From a virus: a stretch of DNA of 64,000 nucleotides. Positions 56,644 to 64,000 of this stretch are shown one piece after another. The position numbers were made by a program, and so were the translations under genes. The stretch is from IMG/VR virus record IMGVR_UViG_3300044615_000494. One strand, written 5' to 3'. Within the stretch, counting starts at the first letter, position 1. Every line of letters starts with the position of its first letter. The notes under the pieces were generated by a model, which was not told the origin of the DNA, searched no databases, and saw only the letters and a list, made by a program, of their open reading frames with translations.

Positions 56644-56987
56644 TGGAAGCACATTCATTAGATGTTTTAGCAGAACGGGTTGTACGTGACGGAAAGGTCG
56701 CGGTACTGTATAGCCCTGGCTTCGGCGCAGGCTGGAGCACTTGGGGCGATTCGGAATTCCGTGATCGTCTGCTGTTCGACCCGGAAGTTGTAGCCTGGGT
56801 TGAAGGTGGCAAGGTTGGTTCGTTGCCGGATTTGGAAGCCAAGTACGGTGTGGATCATTTTTACGACGGTGGAGCCAGCGATCTAATGATCCGTTGGGTA
56901 CCGATTGGTTCTCGGTTCCGTGTGCATGAGTACGACGGATCGGAGAGTGTGGTTTTGTTTGAAGAGGAAGATTGGGTGTTAGCATGA
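56643..56987 (+). CDS. hypothetical early protein
   Basis: VAVLYSPGFGAGWSTW...FRVHEYDGSE. Confidence 0.8.
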   Translation: MEAHSLDVLAERVVRDGKVAVLYSPGFGAGWSTWGDSEFRDRLLFDPEVVAWVEGGKVGSLPDLEAKYGVDHFYDGGASDLMIRWVPIGSRFRVHEYDGSESVVLFEEEDWVLA

Positions 56988-57154
56988 GCAAGATGAGTGA
57001 TTTGAATATTGAAATTCAGGACCAATTGGTCTCGGGTACGGACCCTGTACAGGTGGCGGAACGTCTCAAGATTCCCCTAGAATGGGTCACGGCCACATTG
57101 GAATACATGAATGAGTCGGACGAACCGGACCTGTCCTACTCTGAGGAACTGTAA
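56984..57154 (+). CDS. small acidic hypothetical protein
   Basis: MSKMSDLNIEIQ; ATGA overlap. Confidence 0.65.
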   Translation: MSKMSDLNIEIQDQLVSGTDPVQVAERLKIPLEWVTATLEYMNESDEPDLSYSEEL

Positions 57155-57204
57155 GTTGTTGTTTTTAAACAACAAAATATCCTAAAAATAGTGGATAAAA
57201 AGGC

Positions 57205-57233
57205 TTGACTTTGGGCGCCCAAGGTACTATAAT
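57205..57233 (+). promoter_or_regulatory. sigma70 promoter with upstream TGTTGT-N6-ACAACA (57157-57174)
   Basis: TTGACT-17-TATAAT. Confidence 0.85.
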
Positions 57234-57266
57234 AGTTACATAGAGTTGAGAAACGGAGATTACGAA

Positions 57267-57698
57267 ATGGCTTACATGAATCAAGAACGCAAGGCAAAGA
57301 TCGCAACGGTGCTCAAGCCCATACTCGCAAAGTACGGTGTCAAGGGTTCGCTGAGTGTCCGAAATCATTCTAGCATTGTACTGACCCTCAAGTCAGGTAA
57401 GATTGATTTCATCGAAAACTACATTAAGACCGATGCCGAAAAGCCCTACGCTAAACACTTTTCGGAAGATCAGGTTGCGTACATTCGCAAGAATCAATCG
57501 ATTGACGTTAACCCCTACTGGTTTCAGGAGCACTTCAATGGTGTTGCTAAGGACTTCTTGACTGAGGCTTTCAAGGCACTTAAGGCGGCTGACTGGTATG
57601 ATGAGTCTGACGCTATGACCGATTATTTCAATACGGCTTACTACGTTGACCTCAATGTCGGCAAGTGGAACAAGCCCTACGTGGTTACTGCTAAGTAA
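57267..57698 (+). CDS. hypothetical early protein
   Basis: GGAG SD; MAYMNQERK...SDAMTDYFNTAYY. Confidence 0.85.
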   Translation: MAYMNQERKAKIATVLKPILAKYGVKGSLSVRNHSSIVLTLKSGKIDFIENYIKTDAEKPYAKHFSEDQVAYIRKNQSIDVNPYWFQEHFNGVAKDFLTEAFKALKAADWYDESDAMTDYFNTAYYVDLNVGKWNKPYVVTAK

Positions 57699-57722
57699 TA
57701 TAGTAGGAACAGGAGAATTAAA

Positions 57723-57878
57723 ATGAAACAATATTGGATGCTTTGCAGACTTAAAGATGAACCGGGCGCAGGTACGACCCGTGTCTACATCATGGCTGAT
57801 AATCCTTACGCGGCGACTCAAATGTTGAAAGCCCAGTATGGCAAGTTGCTGATTAGCGACTATGCGATGCCGGTATAA
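57723..57878 (+). CDS. small hypothetical protein (not in ORF track)
   Basis: AGGAG SD; MKQYWML...ADNPYAATQMLKAQYG. Confidence 0.7.
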   Translation: MKQYWMLCRLKDEPGAGTTRVYIMADNPYAATQMLKAQYGKLLISDYAMPV

Positions 57879-57898
57879 AGAATTGGGTAACAAAGTGG

Positions 57899-57927
57899 TT
57901 GACATTGGCTCCCCACTTTGTTATACT
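57899..57927 (+). promoter_or_regulatory. sigma70 promoter
   Basis: TTGACA-17-TATACT. Confidence 0.8.
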
Positions 57928-57985
57928 AATCTTGTAGTATATAACTACATGTGTGTTTAACTTTAAACTTGATGAGGTAATTTAT

Positions 57986-58366
57986 ATGACGACTACTCTG
58001 TATACTGTTGTTGGTATCACTGTTCACAATGGCAACGCTAAGGTGCGTTTCACTGATGACATGGCTCGCCGTGTCAAGCAGTTCACGAAGGGTGGCGCGA
58101 CTCGCGTTGACTTCGTTACGCTCCCCAATGCTATGGGAAAGATCGAGGCTCTTAAGTACATGCTGACTCTTAATGAGTTCGCAAGTGCTGAGGATCAGGC
58201 TACGATCAATGATACCCTCAGTGATCGTGAGAAGGAGGCCCGCAAGGGTGAAGTGAAGGTCAAGGCATCTACGGCTAAGCCTTCTCTTGACGCTATTAAG
58301 GCCCGCGGCAACAAGTCTAAGACTACTGTTGCTGACGTTCTTGATGCGGTGAAGTCTGCTGAGTAA
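57986..58366 (+). CDS. hypothetical early protein
   Basis: GAGGT SD; strongly host-like codon usage. Confidence 0.8.
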   Translation: MTTTLYTVVGITVHNGNAKVRFTDDMARRVKQFTKGGATRVDFVTLPNAMGKIEALKYMLTLNEFASAEDQATINDTLSDREKEARKGEVKVKASTAKPSLDAIKARGNKSKTTVADVLDAVKSAE

Positions 58367-58392
58367 TCAGTAATAACAAACTGATTTAGGTT

Positions 58393-58413
58393 AGGCCCCG
58401 CAAGGGGCCTTTC
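58393..58413. terminator. intrinsic terminator between convergent genes
   Basis: AGGCCCC-GCAA-GGGGCCT. Confidence 0.8.
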
Positions 58414-58416
58414 CTA

Positions 58417-59541
58417 TTACAGACGAGGAAATTGTCTATGTAAGTAATTTAAATTTTGACGATCTGGCATACGTTCATACCAGCCCTTTCCTTCATACAC
58501 ATTGAGTATATTCTGGAAATATTCTTCATACATAGGGGCGACATGTTCTAGTGTAAAGTTCTCGGCCCATGTACGACAGTTTTGTGGTTTGATGTTAGTG
58601 ATGTTCTCTGTAGCCCAAACGAAATGATCGAATGTGCGACAACGATATCCGGTCACACCGTGTAGGTTGTTTTCAACAAACGAACCCCAATCTGTGGTAA
58701 TAGTCGGAGTGCCCGACATTAGCATCTCAATCTGTACGCCACCAAATGGTTCTATATACATGCTAGGCACATATGCACCTTTAGCATTAGCCATTAGTTT
58801 CTTTCTAGTAGGTACATCGGCATAGCCTACGAACTCAACGTGTTTTGGAAAATGCATGTCATCAGGCTTCTGTCCTGCGATAACTAATCGTTGACCTGCG
58901 GCTTCACTTGCTTGTATCGCTACATGAACACCTTTACCTGAGTACACACGGCCAAGATATAGCATGTAATCTTCTTTTTGATCATTGAATGTAAAATCAT
59001 CTGTATCGAAATAGTTCGGAATCACTACATCATACCAGTCAGATTTGCAAGTGCCCACTCCCTGCATTCCATAGTAGGCATGCATGATAGCATAACTTTC
59101 AAATACTTTCCAACGTGCCCAATGTCCGCCGGCATATCCTATGCCAGGTTCAACTACTATCATATCATGTTGATGTGCATCACAGATAGCACGAACGCCA
59201 CTACCCCAGAAGGGTAATATGAAATCGTTCTTTTGCTTGCGCTTACCTATCTCACGTATAGCGTTAGCATAGAAAGTTTGATAAGCATGGTCTGAAGTAT
59301 TGTAGGTAAAGAAGTTTTTACGCCAATCATAATTGCCGTATGCTTTTTCTAAATCTTTATTAGTTAGTACTGTGACATGTTCATCACAGACGAGGTCTGA
59401 TTCCTCATGACCATAATGGATGATCTCATGGCCACGGGCCTTCATCATCTTACCGAACTTAAGAACTTTTTGAGTATATGCACAAGCATTATATTCTTTG
59501 CTTGTGACCGTATGTGGTAAACCTAGTATATGAAATCTCAT
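58417..59541 (-). CDS. GT-B fold (GT4-like) glycosyltransferase
   Basis: [36 protein letters not shown]. Confidence 0.9.
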   Translation of the reverse strand: MRFHILGLPHTVTSKEYNACAYTQKVLKFGKMMKARGHEIIHYGHEESDLVCDEHVTVLTNKDLEKAYGNYDWRKNFFTYNTSDHAYQTFYANAIREIGKRKQKNDFILPFWGSGVRAICDAHQHDMIVVEPGIGYAGGHWARWKVFESYAIMHAYYGMQGVGTCKSDWYDVVIPNYFDTDDFTFNDQKEDYMLYLGRVYSGKGVHVAIQASEAAGQRLVIAGQKPDDMHFPKHVEFVGYADVPTRKKLMANAKGAYVPSMYIEPFGGVQIEMLMSGTPTITTDWGSFVENNLHGVTGYRCRTFDHFVWATENITNIKPQNCRTWAENFTLEHVAPMYEEYFQNILNVYEGKGWYERMPDRQNLNYLHRQFPRL

Positions 59542-59577
59542 ACGATTACTTATACTAGGTTACCTGTCAGTCAAAAA

Positions 59578-62157
<2,580 letters not shown>

Positions 62158-62175
62158 TCATCTGACGATATAAAA

Positions 62176-62847
62176 TTATGCACTAATAGCATTGCCACCA
62201 TTTAGTGACGCTAGTAGTAAAACTGAACTCGTTGCGTTTCCGCCATCACCGCTTACGCTAGGATCAATCTGAACCCAAGTTAAGTTGCCTGAACCATTCG
62301 TAGCAAGAACATATCCGTTTGAACCACCACTGATATAAACATTAGATACGGGTCCTAGATTTGCTGTGACTGTATTTAATGCCGTTGCATTCAACGTATT
62401 AATATTGGCTGTGGTATCAACTGATAATACTTGTGCTGCCTGATCATATCTAAAATTCGCACTAGCACCGAATAAATTATTATTATTGAACTGTACGTAT
62501 GTATTAGATCCGGCAGGATTGGCGATCTCGCTTTGTATGTTAGCCCATGTAAGATTTCCACTACCATTAGTACGCAACACGTAATTGTTGCTACCACCTG
62601 TGATCGTGATATTTCCTACTGCGCCTAGATTACTCTTACCTTCTACTGTAAGATTTTCAACAACGACATTGCCGAGGTTAGCATTGATGCTACCTGTTAC
62701 TGTGACATTTCCGCCTACTGTAAGATTACCTGAGATACTACCTTCACCTGTGACGGCAAGGTTGTCTACCAACAGGGTATCCCCTGCGGGCAGTTCTTGA
62801 ATTGTCTTCGTAGCAGAATTAGAAACTAGTGGATACTTATTTGCCAT
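62176..62847 (-). CDS. tail fibre-like protein
   Basis: ITGGSNNYVLRTNGSGNLTW repeated twice; GSNTYVQFNN. Confidence 0.75.
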   Translation of the reverse strand: MANKYPLVSNSATKTIQELPAGDTLLVDNLAVTGEGSISGNLTVGGNVTVTGSINANLGNVVVENLTVEGKSNLGAVGNITITGGSNNYVLRTNGSGNLTWANIQSEIANPAGSNTYVQFNNNNLFGASANFRYDQAAQVLSVDTTANINTLNATALNTVTANLGPVSNVYISGGSNGYVLATNGSGNLTWVQIDPSVSGDGGNATSSVLLLASLNGGNAISA

Positions 62848-62872
62848 TGCTTAATCCTAATACTTGTATTTA

Positions 62873-63856
62873 TCATATTTGCGTAACATTGAGGTCTAGG
62901 TAACTTCCATCACGTTGGCCTACTGGATAAACGCGCAAAACAGGATCTGGACTGCTTAGATAATTGCTTCCGTCACGCATATCTACTGTGATATAATACA
63001 CAGGAACTGTTTTCCAGCCCATTTCTTGTGTATTTTGATTGATGATTCCTAGAACTTGTTGACTTGTTCCAGCACTGCTTGGAGGTATGAATGATGCATT
63101 GCCGCCTACTTTTGCGAACTTCGTTATACCTACAACGTTAGTATCTTTATTAAATGTGAATGCTGACGAACCGCCAAAAGTACCATTATCATTGAACTGT
63201 ATCGCTGTATTAGGACCGTCTGCTACTGCTGCTTTTTCCCAAGAAAGATTCCCTGTACCGTCTGTAACTATGACAAAATGATTGCTACCGCCGTATATTT
63301 TGACGTTACTAATGTTGCCTAGATTACTGATACCATTGATAGTCATTCCCGTACCTGAGAATGTGGCTACGTTTGCGTTGCCCGCTACACTTATGTTAAC
63401 ATTACCGTTAGCGACTGGAATTCTTACATTACTAGTACCGTTAGCGAGAGAAGCAGTTACTATGTTTGCGGTTATGACATTAGCATTTATTAGATCCGCA
63501 GTTATATCATCAACGGTGATGTCATTTGCAGTTATATTATTGACGGATAAATTACCAGTGACTGATAGATTTGATCCTATAGATACATTTCCCGAAACAG
63601 TTAATGAAGTCAATGTACCAACACTAGTGATGTTAGGTTGTGCATTATTTCTAATAGTGTTTGCTACATTAGCAGTATGAAGAGAATTACCTGCTTCATC
63701 AAGTATGAAGTTGCCTAACTGGAAAAGATTCGCTTGTAATGTCTGCCCGTCAGGTGTGGCTAATGTGACTGTAGGATCTACTACCGGAATTATTAGATTA
63801 CCGGAAACGACCTCTACATCATTCAAACCTGTTATTTTAGTACCGCGAGTAGCCAT
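62873..63856 (-). CDS. tail fibre-like protein
   Basis: [12 protein letters not shown] motif shared with the collagen fibre; GGSNHFVIVTDGTGNLSW. Confidence 0.75.
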   Translation of the reverse strand: MATRGTKITGLNDVEVVSGNLIIPVVDPTVTLATPDGQTLQANLFQLGNFILDEAGNSLHTANVANTIRNNAQPNITSVGTLTSLTVSGNVSIGSNLSVTGNLSVNNITANDITVDDITADLINANVITANIVTASLANGTSNVRIPVANGNVNISVAGNANVATFSGTGMTINGISNLGNISNVKIYGGSNHFVIVTDGTGNLSWEKAAVADGPNTAIQFNDNGTFGGSSAFTFNKDTNVVGITKFAKVGGNASFIPPSSAGTSQQVLGIINQNTQEMGWKTVPVYYITVDMRDGSNYLSSPDPVLRVYPVGQRDGSYLDLNVTQI

Positions 63857-63918
63857 ATTTTTATCCTATATAATCTATTTATCCTTATACTAATCTCTCT
63901 ATACTGATGTTCCACATA

Positions 63919-64000
63919 TTACCAGCTAGTAGTGCCTGTAAACTTAGCCCAAGTGTTTGCTGATACACAAACATATAAGTTACCACCACTGTCATAAGCA
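63919..64000 (-). CDS. tail fibre-like protein, C-terminal fragment (truncated by window)
   Basis: AYDSGGNLYVCVSANTWAKFTGTTSW*. Confidence 0.55.
   Translation of the reverse strand, partial: AYDSGGNLYVCVSANTWAKFTGTTSW

Noticed and set aside
56392-57905. Minus-strand ORFs of 199 aa and 170 aa in the early region
   Set aside because: They are antisense to well-supported plus-strand genes with SDs and promoters

Overview
64 kb segment of a large lytic dsDNA tailed phage, probably a freshwater-type jumbo myovirus. The PAAR gene, NrdA/IscU/PstS/Fpr homologues and sigma70 promoters suggest a proteobacterial host; this is inference. Standard genetic code; no rRNA, CRISPR array or integrase seen. 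Layout: (1) 1-4.6 kb, tandem LamG/fibrinogen-like adhesin genes; (2) 4.9-14.2 kb, nrdA-iscU-nrdB-grx, PAAR and two large virion-type genes; (3) 14.2-20.1 kb, SleB-type hydrolase and an ahpC...ahpD redox operon; (4) 20.2-46 kb, 30 CCA-encoding tRNA genes covering all 20 amino acids, interleaved with several unexplained structured non-coding segments and AT-rich tailoring enzymes (2OG-Fe(II) oxygenases, SGNH-like proteins, sulfotransferases, FkbH-like, adenylation enzyme, an oxygenase/aminotransferase/B12-radical SAM/amidinotransferase operon) plus pstS, a porin and fpr; (5) 46-55 kb, further enzymes including a subtilisin; (6) 52-58 kb, small early-type genes behind near-consensus sigma70 promoters; (7) 58-64 kb, a glycosyltransferase and collagen-like/tail-fibre genes. 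Most notable: a ~730-nt ornate ncRNA candidate enclosing or abutting tRNA-Trp and tRNA-Cys; three genes whose stop codon is tRNA positions 8-10; a leader-peptide attenuator-like element at the head of the tRNA array; apparently leaderless late genes (TAARTA-N4-6-start); tRNA-Thr(AGT); two Leu tRNAs without a variable arm. All family calls come from motif recognition and all RNA pairings were found by eye; no searches were run.
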